Part shown: positions 46,029 through 56,468 of the stretch, piece after piece | Numbering within the stretch: the stretch's first letter is position 1 | How the letters are laid out: every line of letters starts with the position of its first letter | DNA from: an uncultured Clostridia bacterium | GTDB taxonomy: Bacteria; Bacillota; Clostridia; Christensenellales; UBA1242 | DNA length: 64,000 bases | Assembly: GCA_947588355.1 (NCBI GenBank) | Contig: CANPYI010000007.1 | Coordinates: forward strand, 601-64,600 | Reading direction: 5' to 3' | The notes under the pieces: generated by a model | The model's database searches: none | The model's input: only the letters and a program-made list of their open reading frames with translations | Told to the model about the DNA's origin: nothing | Program-made: the position numbers and the translations under genes

Positions 46029-46776
46029 CTGCCTCCAAAGTCAAGATTTCCAGCCCACTTCGCGTAAACAAAACTGTGTTTTCGTAGTGAGCAGAGGGTT
46101 TTCTGTCTCGTGTGACAATCCCCCATCCATCACTCAGCATTCCAATTTCTTTTTTTCCGGCATTTATCATAGGCTCTATGGCAAGCACAGCATTTTCGGT
46201 GATAATTGGACCATCAGTTTCTTTGCCATAGTTTAGCACTGATGGTGCTTCGTGCATTTTTCGACCTATTCCATGTCCACAAAGTTCTCGGACAACCGAA
46301 AATCCGTTTCCTTCGGCATGAGTTTGAATAGCATGTGAAAGTTTTCCAAGTCTGTCACCAATACGAATGTTTTCAATACCCTTAAAGAAACATTCTTTGG
46401 TCACACTGATGAGTTTTTGCTTTTCTTCGCTCACATTTCCAACAGGATAGGTCCTTGCCGCATCGCCGTGATAACCTTTGTAGGCCACAACAATGTCGAT
46501 GCTGACAATATCGCCCTCTTTCAAAATGATGTCTTTACTTGGAATACCATGGACAACCATTTCGTTGACCGAAATGCAAGTTGCGGCAGGATATCCCTCG
46601 TATCCAAGGCACGCTGGGCGTCCACCACTTTCAATTATAAACTTTTCTATGGATTTGTCAAGATCATAAGTGGAAATTCCCGGTTTTACAAGTGTTTTTG
46701 CAAACACAAGTGCATCTCTGGTGAGTTGACACGCTTTTTTGATCAAGACAATTTCCGCAGGAGTTTTTTGAATCAT
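46006..46776 (-). CDS. map: Type I methionine aminopeptidase
   Basis: 256 aa; DIVSIDI, GYHGD, GHGIG, EPM metal-ligand motifs. Confidence 0.93.
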   Translation of the reverse strand: MIQKTPAEIVLIKKACQLTRDALVFAKTLVKPGISTYDLDKSIEKFIIESGGRPACLGYEGYPAATCISVNEMVVHGIPSKDIILKEGDIVSIDIVVAYKGYHGDAARTYPVGNVSEEKQKLISVTKECFFKGIENIRIGDRLGKLSHAIQTHAEGNGFSVVRELCGHGIGRKMHEAPSVLNYGKETDGPIITENAVLAIEPMINAGKKEIGMLSDGWGIVTRDRKPSAHYENTVLFTRSGLEILTLEADDEHQKR

Positions 46777-47397
46777 TCAAATTTTCCCTTTCAAAAAGTT
46801 TTTGACGATTTGATATGTCGCATCTGCGTCTTTTTGACCCTTCACGACAAACAACCGTTCAGCGTAGAAGTCTATGAGTGGTGCTGTTTGATTTGCATAG
46901 ACTTCCAGACGAGCATTTACTGTTTCCAGATTATCGTCATCTCTTTGGAACAGTGGTGAACCGCATTTTTTGCAGGTAGGTTTATCATAGGTCGACGTGT
47001 TGTAAATTTCACCACATTTACTGCACGTTCTTCGACCTAAGGCGCGACGTCTGATTTCATCAAACGGAACGTCAAGTTGAATGACAGTGTCTATTTCAGC
47101 AATTTTTTTCAGCGCTTCTGCCTGTGGAATTGTACGAGGAAAGCCGTCAAGGATAAAACCTTTTTGGCAGTCCTTTTGTGCGATGCGTTGTTTCAACATC
47201 TCCACCGTCACACTGTCCGGAACAAGTTGTCCTTTGTCCATAAAACTTTTTGCCAACATTCCGACATCTGTTCCATTTTTTATATTTTCGCGGAAAAGGT
47301 CACCTGTGGAAATTTGCACAAGACCAAAGTCCTCTGTTAATTTTCTTGCCAAAGTGCCCTTTCCCGAAAACGGAGCACCAAGTAAAATGATATTCAT
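46777..47397 (-). CDS. adk: Adenylate kinase (zinc-lid type)
   Basis: MNIILLGAPFSGKGT P-loop; CSKCG...CKKCG lid; start behind AAAGGAG. Confidence 0.93.
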   Translation of the reverse strand: MNIILLGAPFSGKGTLARKLTEDFGLVQISTGDLFRENIKNGTDVGMLAKSFMDKGQLVPDSVTVEMLKQRIAQKDCQKGFILDGFPRTIPQAEALKKIAEIDTVIQLDVPFDEIRRRALGRRTCSKCGEIYNTSTYDKPTCKKCGSPLFQRDDDNLETVNARLEVYANQTAPLIDFYAERLFVVKGQKDADATYQIVKNFLKGKI

Positions 47398-47412
47398 ATA
47401 AACTCCTTTCAC

Positions 47413-47645
47413 TTGTTTTTGCTTTATAAACTTCTTTCAATATCATGTTTGCATTTGCTTTCATACTCCAACCAAAATTTTGTAGTGACAAGGCTTCGCC
47501 CGCTCTCAAAATTTTGGTGGCACCTCTCTCGCAGCAAAATGTCCAGCGGAATTTTGCAAGAGGCGAAAAGGGGTCCGCGGGAAAAACGAATTTTAGCGGT
47601 TAGCGTGAGCGTGTCCGCGTCAAAAAATTCTAGTTGTCTCCGCGA
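47413..47645 (-). other. Unusually long, locally GC-rich, hairpin-rich secY-adk spacer (candidate structured RNA element)
   Basis: Hairpins at 47472-47517 (11-bp arms) and 47521-47565 (nested stems, better with G-U pairs on the minus-strand transcript); CGCGGA repeated 3 times. Confidence 0.4.
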
Positions 47646-48947
47646 TTAGTCGAGAAATCCCTTATAGTTTCTCATAAGCATTTGTGCTTCCAGGCTCTTG
47701 TCAAATTCAAGAGCAACCGAAACTATAATCATAAGCCCTGTGGTTGAGAATGCGTTTACAAGTGTTGCAAGTGTGTAGTCATCAATCGCTTTAAAGGCAA
47801 GTGACGGCAACAGTGCAATTATCGCCAAGAACACTGCACCAAAAAGTGTGATACGCTTTGAAATCTTTTTCAAATAGTCGCCTGTGGTTTTCCCCGGTCT
47901 TATGCCCGGAATAAATCCACCTTGTTGTTGCAGCCTACGTGAAATATCGTCGGTGTCGAAAGTGATTTGTGCATAGAAGAATGCAAAAGCAAAAATCAAA
48001 ACTGCAAGGAAAACTATATAAACCCAAGAACTTGTGCCCATATATGTTTGATACCAAATATAAGCATCAGAATTCGGCCAGAATATACTCATAACCAATT
48101 GAGGCAGTGTCAAAAGAGATGTCGCAAAAATGATTGGCATAACCCCTGACGCATTCAATTTGATTGGAATAAATGTGTCTTGTCCACCATACATTCTTCT
48201 GCCTTTGATTTGTTTGGCATACTTAACACCAACACGACGCTCTGAACTGTCGATAAACACGATAAGTCCAAACACAAGCACCAATGCAACGATGTAGATG
48301 ATCACACTCCACAAATTGTTTATATCTTCACCAACTTGCAAGAAAGCATTGTAAATTCCGTTTGAAGCGGACGAGATAATGCCGACAAAAATCAACAAAC
48401 TCATACCATTTCCAACGCCAACTTGTGTGATTTTTTCACCAAGCCAAACTGTGAACATTCCGCCTGCTGTAAGCATCAGCACAATGCCGGTGCAAATCAA
48501 CCATTGTGGCAAATTGAGTACATTTGTGGCAACATAGCCTTGAAAACTTACAACAATTCCGATTGCCTGTGCAAGAGCAAGCACAAGAGCGCAAATTCGA
48601 GTGTAAAACTGAATTTTTCTTCTGCCGTCCTCACCTTGTTTTGACAACCTTTCCAAAGCAGGAATTGCAACTGTCAAAAGTTGTATAACAATTGATGCCG
48701 TAATGTAAGGCGAAACACCAAGTGCAAGGATTGAGCCGTTTGAGAGTGCGTCACCGGACAAAAGGTTCATCAAGGAAAAGAATGTCGTTCCACTTGACGA
48801 GCCTGCAACTGCGTCCTTAAGGTTGAAACCCGGGCAAACAAGTGCGCAACCAACACGGAACAATATCAAAAGCCCCAAAGTAATGAGGATTTTCTTTCGC
48901 AATTCCTTTATTTTAAAGGCATTTGCAAGAGTTTTAAACATATTCAA
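47646..48947 (-). CDS. secY: Preprotein translocase subunit SecY
   Basis: 433 aa, 10 TM helices, typical SecY sequence. Confidence 0.95.
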   Translation of the reverse strand: MNMFKTLANAFKIKELRKKILITLGLLILFRVGCALVCPGFNLKDAVAGSSSGTTFFSLMNLLSGDALSNGSILALGVSPYITASIVIQLLTVAIPALERLSKQGEDGRRKIQFYTRICALVLALAQAIGIVVSFQGYVATNVLNLPQWLICTGIVLMLTAGGMFTVWLGEKITQVGVGNGMSLLIFVGIISSASNGIYNAFLQVGEDINNLWSVIIYIVALVLVFGLIVFIDSSERRVGVKYAKQIKGRRMYGGQDTFIPIKLNASGVMPIIFATSLLTLPQLVMSIFWPNSDAYIWYQTYMGTSSWVYIVFLAVLIFAFAFFYAQITFDTDDISRRLQQQGGFIPGIRPGKTTGDYLKKISKRITLFGAVFLAIIALLPSLAFKAIDDYTLATLVNAFSTTGLMIIVSVALEFDKSLEAQMLMRNYKGFLD

Positions 48948-48994
48948 CTCCTCCGAAAATTTTTATCTTCATTTTTATTGAAATGTGCAAGTGA

Positions 48995-49441
48995 TCACTC
49001 TAAAACGATTTTTCCGCCTGCTTTTTCAATCTTTTCTATTGCGGACTTTGTTGCTTTGGCTGCATGGATTGTGTATGGTTTTGTCACTTCTCCGTCACCC
49101 AAAACTTTCAAGCCATATGGTTGTCTTTTGCCAATAACACGTGTTTCGTACAAAAGTTCTTCAGTAATCTCTGCGTTTGCCTCAAAAATTTCAAGGTCGC
49201 CAACATTGACTGTGGAGTAAACTTTTGCAAAATTTTTGTTGTTGAATCCTCTGATAGGAATCTTTCTGATCATCGGAATGTTTCCGCCCTCAAATCCGGC
49301 TTTAACACCGCCACCACTTCTGGCATTTTGACCTTTATGACCTTTTCCAGAAGTTTTGCCAATTCCAGAACCAATTCCACGTCCGATACGTACTTTTTTT
49401 GTTTTTTCACCGACTGCCGGTTTCAGATTTTCCATTTTCAT
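48995..49441 (-). CDS. rplO: 50S ribosomal protein L15
   Basis: 148 aa, GRGIGSGIGKTSGKGHKGQ. Confidence 0.95.
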   Translation of the reverse strand: MKMENLKPAVGEKTKKVRIGRGIGSGIGKTSGKGHKGQNARSGGGVKAGFEGGNIPMIRKIPIRGFNNKNFAKVYSTVNVGDLEIFEANAEITEELLYETRVIGKRQPYGLKVLGDGEVTKPYTIHAAKATKSAIEKIEKAGGKIVLE

Positions 49442-49641
49442 AACTGCACCTCACTTTCTTCTACCACTCTAACGAGGTGTGCAACATGGTGCAAACTTCC
49501 ACGAACGCTCTCGTTGTCTGGCAAAATTCTTGTTTGATGAAGTTTCTTAAATCCAAGTGCTTCCATAATTTTCATTTGGCTTTTGTTGTAGCCAATAGCA
49601 CTGCGAATCCAAGTTACTTTCAATGTTTTTTCTTTGTTCAT
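49438..49641 (-). CDS. rpmD: 50S ribosomal protein L30
   Basis: 67 aa, LKVTWIRSAIG... Confidence 0.9.
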   Translation of the reverse strand: MNKEKTLKVTWIRSAIGYNKSQMKIMEALGFKKLHQTRILPDNESVRGSLHHVAHLVRVVEESEVQL

Positions 49642-49653
49642 ATCACCCTCCGC

Positions 49654-50274
49654 TTAAATTTCCTCGGGCTTTTTGCCACGACGAGCAGCAATTTCTTCGC
49701 GAGTTTTCAAAGTGTTAAGTCCGTTTAATGTTGCTTTCACAACATTGATGCTGTTTGTTGAGCCATGAATCTTTGTCACAATGTTGCTTATTCCAGTAAC
49801 TTCCAAAACTGCACGCGCGGCACCACCGGCAATAACACCGTGACCTTGTTCTGCTGGCATCATCAAAATGTTTGTTGTGCCAAATTTTCCATTTGTTTGA
49901 TGAGGAATTGTTCCGTCAACAAGTGAAACTTTTTTCATACTCTTTTTTGCAGCAACAGTGGCTTTGTCGATAGCGATAGGCACTTCATTTGCCTTTCCAA
50001 TACCCATTCCAACACTTCCTTTGTGGTCGCCCACAACAACAAGTGCGGAAAATCTGAGTGTACGTCCGCCTTTGACAACCTTTGTTACACGGCGAACAGA
50101 CACCATTCTTTTATCCAAGCCATCATCTTCACGTTTTTGAGAACGCTCTCTGTCGCGACGTCCGTCACGGCGGTTGTTTTGGCTTCTGCCTTCACCACGG
50201 TTTTCTGCTCTGTTAGGTTTGCTGTTTTCAGTGTTTTGTGTTTCAACAGGCTTCTTTTCAATTTCTTCTGCCAT
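49654..50274 (-). CDS. rpsE: 30S ribosomal protein S5 (with Arg/Glu-rich N-terminal extension)
   Basis: RVTKVVKGGRTLRFSALVVVGD core; about 40 extra N-terminal residues. Confidence 0.93.
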   Translation of the reverse strand: MAEEIEKKPVETQNTENSKPNRAENRGEGRSQNNRRDGRRDRERSQKREDDGLDKRMVSVRRVTKVVKGGRTLRFSALVVVGDHKGSVGMGIGKANEVPIAIDKATVAAKKSMKKVSLVDGTIPHQTNGKFGTTNILMMPAEQGHGVIAGGAARAVLEVTGISNIVTKIHGSTNSINVVKATLNGLNTLKTREEIAARRGKKPEEI

Positions 50275-50283
50275 AACGTCCTC

Positions 50284-50652
50284 CTAAAATTTCAAGCCTG
50301 CTGACCTTGCTCCGTCAGCCAATGCTTGAACACGTCCTGTATAAAGGTAGCCACCTCTATCAAAAACGACTTCTTTGATTTTCTTTTCAACGGCTCTTTG
50401 CCCCAAAATTTCGCCAACGATTTTTGCGGCTTCGGTTTTGGTTTTTCCCGCAACTTTTGCTGCAATTTCTTTTTCGCGAGTGGAAGCAGAAACAATAGTG
50501 TTTCCTTTGACGTCATCAATAATTTGAGCGTAGATGTTTGACAAACTGCGATTTACACACAAACGTGGGCGATCAGCAGTGCCAGAGACAGTCTTACGTA
50601 CTCTTTTGTGACGAATTTGTCTTTCTTGATTTTTGTCTTTAACGTTTATCAT
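50284..50652 (-). CDS. rplR: 50S ribosomal protein L18
   Basis: 122 aa, ...[26 protein letters not shown]. Confidence 0.95.
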   Translation of the reverse strand: MINVKDKNQERQIRHKRVRKTVSGTADRPRLCVNRSLSNIYAQIIDDVKGNTIVSASTREKEIAAKVAGKTKTEAAKIVGEILGQRAVEKKIKEVVFDRGGYLYTGRVQALADGARSAGLKF

Positions 50653-50668
50653 CTATCTTTCCTCCCGC

Positions 50669-51208
50669 TTACTTTTTCTTTCCTGCAGCCTTGCCGACCT
50701 TGTGAATAAGTTGTTCGCCTTCAACATGGATACCATAGCCATGATAAGGTTCATAAGGTCTTTTTGCACGAATAACAGCACAGAACTGTCCGACTTTTTC
50801 TTTATCAATGCCCGAAACAACAACTTCGGTTGGTTGAGGGCAATTTAATTTAAGTCCTTCTGGAATTTCAACTTCCACTTGGTGAGAAAGTCCAAGACTC
50901 ATAACAAGTTTGTTTCCAGAAACCTGTGCTTTCCAGCCAACTCCGGCAATAACAAGTTTTTTCTCCCAGCCCTTTGTCACTCCAATAACCATATTGTTTA
51001 CGAGTGCACGAGCAAGACCTTGTTTTGCATTTAGGTTTTCGTCTTCATAAGTGAAATGTACAAGTCCGTCTTTCACTTCTGTCTTGACGCCTTTGTCGAT
51101 ATAATGAGTGAGGGTGCCTTTTGGTCCAGTCACCTTAATTTCGTCGCCATCACGTACAAATGTGACGCCTGCTTCAAGTTTGATTGGTTTGTTTCCTATT
51201 CTTGACAT
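50669..51208 (-). CDS. rplF: 50S ribosomal protein L6
   Basis: MSRIGNKPIKL start chosen; typical L6. Confidence 0.93.
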   Translation of the reverse strand: MSRIGNKPIKLEAGVTFVRDGDEIKVTGPKGTLTHYIDKGVKTEVKDGLVHFTYEDENLNAKQGLARALVNNMVIGVTKGWEKKLVIAGVGWKAQVSGNKLVMSLGLSHQVEVEIPEGLKLNCPQPTEVVVSGIDKEKVGQFCAVIRAKRPYEPYHGYGIHVEGEQLIHKVGKAAGKKK

Positions 51209-51221
51209 CTTCTCGCCCTCC

Positions 51222-51626
51222 TTACCATACATACGCCAAAACTTCACCACCAACACCAAGGTTTCTTGCAACTTTGTCAGTTACAATTCCTTTGTTTGTG
51301 GAAATAATGGCAATTCCAAGGCCGCTAATAACCTTTGGAAGATTTTGCTTTTCAGAATAAATACGAAGGCCCGGTTTTGAAATTCTTTTCAAACCTTGAA
51401 TGACACTTTGTCCTTCTTCATCATATTTGATAGAAATTTCAATGTTTTTAAATTTGCCGGCGTCAACAAGTTTGTACTCGTTTATATATCCTTCGTCTGA
51501 AAGAATCTTAGCGATTTCAACTTTTTCTTTAGATGCAGGGATTTGCACAGTGTTGTGTTTTGCTTGAATAGCATTGCGCAATCTTGTAAGCATATCTGCA
51601 ATTGGATCTGTTGTAAATGTAGACAT
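51222..51626 (-). CDS. rpsH: 30S ribosomal protein S8
   Basis: [19 protein letters not shown] start chosen. Confidence 0.93.
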   Translation of the reverse strand: MSTFTTDPIADMLTRLRNAIQAKHNTVQIPASKEKVEIAKILSDEGYINEYKLVDAGKFKNIEISIKYDEEGQSVIQGLKRISKPGLRIYSEKQNLPKVISGLGIAIISTNKGIVTDKVARNLGVGGEVLAYVW

Positions 51627-51640
51627 TCTTTCTCCCCTCC

Positions 51641-51826
51641 TTACCAACTTGACTTTTTGACACCAGGGATTTCCCCACGGTTTGCCATTTCTCTGAAACA
51701 AATTCTGCAAATACCATACTTGCGAAGCACAGCATGAGGTCTGCCACAGATAGAGCAACGAGTGTACGCTCTTGTCTTGTATTTAGGTTCTCTTTTTTGC
51801 TTTGCAATCAAAGATTTTTTTGCCAT
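51641..51826 (-). CDS. rpsZ: 30S ribosomal protein S14 type Z
   Basis: 61 aa, [23 protein letters not shown] zinc form. Confidence 0.93.
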   Translation of the reverse strand: MAKKSLIAKQKREPKYKTRAYTRCSICGRPHAVLRKYGICRICFREMANRGEIPGVKKSSW

Positions 51827-51838
51827 AACTTATTCTCC

Positions 51839-52387
51839 TTATCTATTGAAAGGCAAGCCAAGTGCCTTCAAGAGTGCTTTTGCCTCTGCATCAGTTTTTG
51901 CAGTGGTGATGAACGAAATGTCAAGCCCTCTGATTTTTTCGACTTTATCATAAGAAATTTCAGGGAAAATCAACTGTTCTTTGATGCCCATAGAGTAATT
52001 TCCACGACCATCAAAAGATTTGTCAGAAATTCCGCGGAAGTCACGTACACGTGGAAGTGCAATCGCCGTCAATCTGTCAAAAAACTCATACATTCTTGTG
52101 CCACGAAGTGTCACTTTTGCACCAATTTTCATGCCAGCACGAACTTTAAAGTTTGAAATTGCCTTTTTCGCTTTTGTGGTGACAGGTTTTTGTCCTGCAA
52201 TAAGAGCAAGTTCGTCAACAGCGATATTAAAACTTTTGGAATTGTCCTTAACATCTCCAAGTCCCATATTAAGCACAATTTTTACAAGTTTTGGAACTTC
52301 GTTGATGTTTTTGTATCCAAACTCTTTGATAAGTTCTGGAACAATTTCCTCTTTATAACGCTTTGCGGTTTGATTTTGTTCTTTCAT
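51839..52387 (-). CDS. rplE: 50S ribosomal protein L5
   Basis: 182 aa typical L5. Confidence 0.95.
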   Translation of the reverse strand: MKEQNQTAKRYKEEIVPELIKEFGYKNINEVPKLVKIVLNMGLGDVKDNSKSFNIAVDELALIAGQKPVTTKAKKAISNFKVRAGMKIGAKVTLRGTRMYEFFDRLTAIALPRVRDFRGISDKSFDGRGNYSMGIKEQLIFPEISYDKVEKIRGLDISFITTAKTDAEAKALLKALGLPFNR

Positions 52388-52405
52388 TTTTCGGCTCCTT
52401 GCGTC

Positions 52406-52978
52406 TTACTTTGATGCCTTGTTTGTTTTGGCATTCGACTTTTGTGCACTTGTGGTTTTTTCAGTAGTTTTTGATGCTACTTTTTTTTCTGCAGGTTTTT
52501 CTGTTTTTGCAGTTGTCTTTTTGGTTTCAGTTTTTGGTTTTGAAACTGTTTTCTTTTCTGCAACTTTTGTTTCTGCAGGTTTTGCCTCAGCTTTTTCTGT
52601 TTTTGTTTGTTTTACTTCGGCCTTTGCAACTTTTTTGGCTTCTTTCTTGGTGCTTTTTACAAATTCTTTATCCAAACTTCCGCCACATTTGCAAACGCGA
52701 ACTTTTTTGCCATCAATTTCTTTGTGATGTACTCTTGTCGCTTTGCCGCATACGGGACAAACAACCATAACATTTGAAGCATTGATTGGAGCAGGCTTTT
52801 TGACAATTCCGCTCTTTTCTTGTTGATTTCTTGCTTTTTGATGACGAGAAACTATGTTCACTCCGTCAACCAAAACTCTGTTTTGTTCGGGAAAAACTTC
52901 CAAAACTTTGCCGGTTTTGCCTTTTTCTTTTCCGGTGATAACAACAACGTTGTCACCTTTTTTTATTGTCATTCTCAT
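52406..52978 (-). CDS. rplX: 50S ribosomal protein L24 with zinc ribbon and about 85-aa Lys/Ala/Thr/Glu-rich C-terminal tail
   Basis: KOW IKKGDNVVVITGKEKGKTGKV; CPVCGK...CKCGG; tail KKEAKKVAKAEVKQTKTEKAEAKPAETK... Confidence 0.9.
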   Translation of the reverse strand: MRMTIKKGDNVVVITGKEKGKTGKVLEVFPEQNRVLVDGVNIVSRHQKARNQQEKSGIVKKPAPINASNVMVVCPVCGKATRVHHKEIDGKKVRVCKCGGSLDKEFVKSTKKEAKKVAKAEVKQTKTEKAEAKPAETKVAEKKTVSKPKTETKKTTAKTEKPAEKKVASKTTEKTTSAQKSNAKTNKASK

Positions 52979-52991
52979 GTTTCAGCCCTCC

Positions 52992-53360
52992 TTAAATAAC
53001 CTCTGGAGCAAGGGAAATAATTTTCATATAGCCCTTGTCACGAAGTTCTCTTGCGATTGGTCCAAACACACGAGTGCCTTTTGGCTGTTTTTGATTGTCG
53101 ATAATCACAGCTGCATTGTCGTCAAAGCGAATATGCGAGCCATCATTTCTGTTGAGACCTTTTGTTGTACGCACAACAACTGCCTTGACAACATCACCTT
53201 TCTTTACGCTTCCACCAGGAATGGCTTTTTTGACAGATGCCACAATAACATCACCAATATTTCCACTTCTTCTGAAAGAACCGCCAAGCACTCTGATACA
53301 CATAATTTCTTTTGCACCAGTGTTGTCAGCAACTTTAAGTCTTGTTTGAGGTTGTACCAT
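52992..53360 (-). CDS. rplN: 50S ribosomal protein L14
   Basis: [18 protein letters not shown]... Confidence 0.95.
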   Translation of the reverse strand: MVQPQTRLKVADNTGAKEIMCIRVLGGSFRRSGNIGDVIVASVKKAIPGGSVKKGDVVKAVVVRTTKGLNRNDGSHIRFDDNAAVIIDNQKQPKGTRVFGPIARELRDKGYMKIISLAPEVI

Positions 53361-53372
53361 ATTCCACTCTCC

Positions 53373-53630
53373 TTACTTAGCCTTTTCGACGATTTTGACA
53401 ACTCTGTGATATTTGTCTTTTGAAAGTGGACGGCATTCTTCAATCAAAACTGTGTCGCCCATTCCGCAGATGTTTTCTTCGTCGTGTGCCTTAAATTTTT
53501 TTGTTCTTTTTACGACTTTTCCGATTTTTGGAGCCTTAACATTGCTTGTTACTTCAACAACAACGGTCTTGTCCATCTTTCCAGCGCTGACAACAACACC
53601 TTGTCTTGTGTTTCTTTTATTTCGTTCCAT
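53373..53630 (-). CDS. rpsQ: 30S ribosomal protein S17
   Basis: [15 protein letters not shown] start chosen. Confidence 0.93.
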   Translation of the reverse strand: MERNKRNTRQGVVVSAGKMDKTVVVEVTSNVKAPKIGKVVKRTKKFKAHDEENICGMGDTVLIEECRPLSKDKYHRVVKIVEKAK

Positions 53631-53838
53631 TGTTGTTTCCTCCATTTGATTTTTCTTTTATAGCAGTTTGCACTCTTGCGATATCACGTCTTACATTTCT
53701 GATTGCAAGCGGATTTGAAAGGTTGCGAGTTGCATGTGAAAAACGAAGATTGAAAAGTTCGTTTTTAAGTTCTTTGAGTTTTGCATTCAGTTGTTCTAAA
53801 GACAAAGTTTTGATTTCTTCATTCTTCATTTTGTTCAC
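53617..53838 (-). CDS. rpmC: 50S ribosomal protein L29
   Basis: [23 protein letters not shown]; start uncertain by 3 codons. Confidence 0.9.
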   Translation of the reverse strand: MNKMKNEEIKTLSLEQLNAKLKELKNELFNLRFSHATRNLSNPLAIRNVRRDIARVQTAIKEKSNGGNNNGTK

Positions 53839-54262
53839 CTACTTTTTCTTCAACACCCTCTTTCTTTATGAATTTGGTTTTGCAAGGAAGTTTGTGTCCA
53901 GCAAGACGAAGTGCCTCACGAGCAGTTTCCTCTGCAACACCTTCGATTTCAAAAAGAACTCGACCAGGTTTTACAACTGCCACCCAAAATTCTGGATTTC
54001 CTTTACCGGAACCCATTCTGGTTTCAGCAGGTTTCTTTGTGACAGGCTTGTCTGGAAAGATTTTTATCCAAACTTTTCCGCCACGTTTGATATATCGAGT
54101 CAGCGCAATTCTGGCAGCCTCAATTTGATTTGATTTAATCCAGCAAGGCTCTGTTGCCACGATTCCGAAAGTGCCATAAGAAAGAGTGTTTCCTCTTGTG
54201 GCCTTTCCGGTCATACGACCGCGCATAACCTTTCTTCTTTTAACTCTTTTAGGCATTAACAT
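53819..54262 (-). CDS. rplP: 50S ribosomal protein L16
   Basis: [17 protein letters not shown]... Confidence 0.95.
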   Translation of the reverse strand: MLMPKRVKRRKVMRGRMTGKATRGNTLSYGTFGIVATEPCWIKSNQIEAARIALTRYIKRGGKVWIKIFPDKPVTKKPAETRMGSGKGNPEFWVAVVKPGRVLFEIEGVAEETAREALRLAGHKLPCKTKFIKKEGVEEKVGEQNEE

Positions 54263-54926
54263 TGTTCTGACCCTCCTTTATAGGATTTTTAGACAGAATT
54301 TCGCCTTTGTAAATCCAGCATTTGATGCCAAGTTTGCCATAGTTTGTGTAAGCAGCGGTCTCAGCATAGTCAATATCTGCACGAAGAGTGTGAAGTGGAA
54401 GACTTCCTTCCATATACTTTTCTGTTCTGCCGATAGTGTTTGCACCGTCAATAACACCACTCACCTGAACTTTGCAACCTTTTGCCCCTGCCTTCATAAC
54501 TCTTTGAAGGGCAGACTTCAAGGCACGACGCCATTGAATACGCTTTTCAAGTTGTTGAGCAATACTCTCTGCAACAAGTTTTGCATCAAGGTCCGGCTTT
54601 TTTACTTCTTTGACATTCAACACAAGATTTTTTACTGGGCGAACAAGAGTGTTGAGTTCTTTTTTAATTTGTTCGATGCCTGCACCCTTTGTTCCGATAA
54701 TCATTCCAGGTTTTCCTGTGTAGATATCAATTTCAAGTTTGTTTTCTGTTCTTTTGATTTCAACTTTTGCAATAGCAGCATTTGAATGCTTTTTTGCAAA
54801 AAATTGACGAATATCGTGGTCTTCTTTGATGTTTGCGGCAAAATCACCTTTCTTGGCATACCATGTTGATTGCCAATCTTTGTTTATTCCGATTCGAAGT
54901 CCATACGGATTAACTTTTTGTCCCAT
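54249..54926 (-). CDS. rpsC: 30S ribosomal protein S3
   Basis: [20 protein letters not shown]... Confidence 0.95.
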   Translation of the reverse strand: MGQKVNPYGLRIGINKDWQSTWYAKKGDFAANIKEDHDIRQFFAKKHSNAAIAKVEIKRTENKLEIDIYTGKPGMIIGTKGAGIEQIKKELNTLVRPVKNLVLNVKEVKKPDLDAKLVAESIAQQLEKRIQWRRALKSALQRVMKAGAKGCKVQVSGVIDGANTIGRTEKYMEGSLPLHTLRADIDYAETAAYTNYGKLGIKCWIYKGEILSKNPIKEGQNNVNA

Positions 54927-55324
54927 TATTTTGCCTCCTTTAATTCGTCAAGGATTATTGTGATATGACAACTTCTTTTCAAAACTCTGTTGTCAACACG
55001 ACCACGTCCTCTGAATGTCACGCGGCGCATCATAGAACCGCTGTTTGAAAAGCATTCTGCAACATAAAGATTGTCAGATGAAAGTCCTTTGTTGTTTTCT
55101 GCGTTGGCAATAGCACTTTTCAAAACTTTCAAGGCTTCTGCTGCACCCGCTTGTGGCATGTATGAAAGTATCGCAACCGCTTCATTTGCTTTTTTGCCAC
55201 GAATTTCGTCCAAAACGATTCTGACTTTTGAAGGGCTCATGCGAACACCTTTTGCAACTGCAAATGGACGTTTATCTTTTTCGGCTGCTCTTTTTTCTGC
55301 TTTTTGTCTAATTCTTGTAGCCAT
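54926..55324 (-). CDS. rplV: 50S ribosomal protein L22
   Basis: 132 aa, typical L22 with a short N-terminal extension. Confidence 0.93.
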   Translation of the reverse strand: MATRIRQKAEKRAAEKDKRPFAVAKGVRMSPSKVRIVLDEIRGKKANEAVAILSYMPQAGAAEALKVLKSAIANAENNKGLSSDNLYVAECFSNSGSMMRRVTFRGRGRVDNRVLKRSCHITIILDELKEAK

Positions 55325-55332
55325 ACTTCACC

Positions 55333-55614
55333 TCAACTATTCTTTGCGGTTTCTTTCTTTTGACCCGCATGTCCTTTGAAAGTTCTTGTGAGTGAAAACT
55401 CTCCAAGTTTGTGACCAACCATATCTGCTGTAACGTAAACAGGAATGTGTTTTTTACCGTTGTGAACAGCAAATGTAAAGCCGACAAATTCTGGATAAAT
55501 GGTCGAACGTCTTGACCATGTTTTGATAGGTTTTTTAACGCCACTTTCAGCCATCTGATTTACTTTTTTCATAAGTTCTGGGCTGACATAAGGCATTTTT
55601 TTCTCGTTACTCAT
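55333..55614 (-). CDS. rpsS: 30S ribosomal protein S19
   Basis: 93 aa, ...[23 protein letters not shown]. Confidence 0.95.
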   Translation of the reverse strand: MSNEKKMPYVSPELMKKVNQMAESGVKKPIKTWSRRSTIYPEFVGFTFAVHNGKKHIPVYVTADMVGHKLGEFSLTRTFKGHAGQKKETAKNS

Positions 55615-55625
55615 TTCTCGACCTC

Positions 55626-56453
55626 CTAGTTCACTCTCTTAACCATCAAACGGTTAGATTTGTTTTTCTTCTTTCTGGTCTTAAGTCCAAGTGCTGGCTT
55701 ACCCCAAGGTGTTTGAGGAGATGCCATACCAACTGGGCTCTTTCCTTCACCACCGCCGTGTGGGTGGTCGTTAGGGTTCATAACAACACCGCGGACTGAT
55801 GGTCTTACACCCATGTGTCTTGTTCTTCCGGCCTTGCCAAGAGATACAAGTTCGTGGTCCAAATTTCCAACAGTTCCAATAGTTGCTCGGCAAACAAGCA
55901 AAACTTTTCTCATTTCGCCTGAAGGAAGTCTCAAAGTTGCAAATTTTCCTTCTTTTGCCATAAGTTGAATCTCAGCACCTGCAGCACGTCCAAGTTGTCC
56001 GCCTTTTTTAGGCTCAAGTTCGATGTTGTGAACCAAAGAACCAACTGGAATGTCTGAAAGTGGAAGATTGTTTCCAACTTTGATTTCGCTGCCGCTTCCG
56101 CTCATAACAATGTCACCAACTTTCAAGCCAACAGGTGCAATAATGTATCTTTTTTCACCGTCTTTGTAAGAAAGAAGTGCAATGTAAGCAGTACGGTTTG
56201 GATCGTATTCAATGGCAGTAACTTTTGCAGGAACGCCGTCCTTGTTGCGTTTAAAGTCAATGATACGATATTTTTGTCTGTTTCCGCCGCCATGGTGACG
56301 AACGGTCAATTTGCCCTGATTGTTTCTGCCTGCATGTTTTTTCTTGACATCAAGCAAAGATTTTTCAGGTGCTTTTTTTGTCAATTCTTCGGTGGAGAGT
56401 TTGGTATAAAATCTTCTTCCTGCCGAAGTTGGATTACTTTTTACAATAGCCAT
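55626..56453 (-). CDS. rplB: 50S ribosomal protein L2
   Basis: 275 aa, ...[16 protein letters not shown]. Confidence 0.95.
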   Translation of the reverse strand: MAIVKSNPTSAGRRFYTKLSTEELTKKAPEKSLLDVKKKHAGRNNQGKLTVRHHGGGNRQKYRIIDFKRNKDGVPAKVTAIEYDPNRTAYIALLSYKDGEKRYIIAPVGLKVGDIVMSGSGSEIKVGNNLPLSDIPVGSLVHNIELEPKKGGQLGRAAGAEIQLMAKEGKFATLRLPSGEMRKVLLVCRATIGTVGNLDHELVSLGKAGRTRHMGVRPSVRGVVMNPNDHPHGGGEGKSPVGMASPQTPWGKPALGLKTRKKKNKSNRLMVKRVN

Positions 56454-56468
56454 TTTTTCCTCCCACCT

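Noticed and set aside
47300-47509. 69-aa minus-strand ORF starting in the secY-adk spacer and running into adk out of frame.
   Set aside because: It overlaps the well-supported adk start region in another frame, has no RBS, and is more likely a by-product of the structured spacer.
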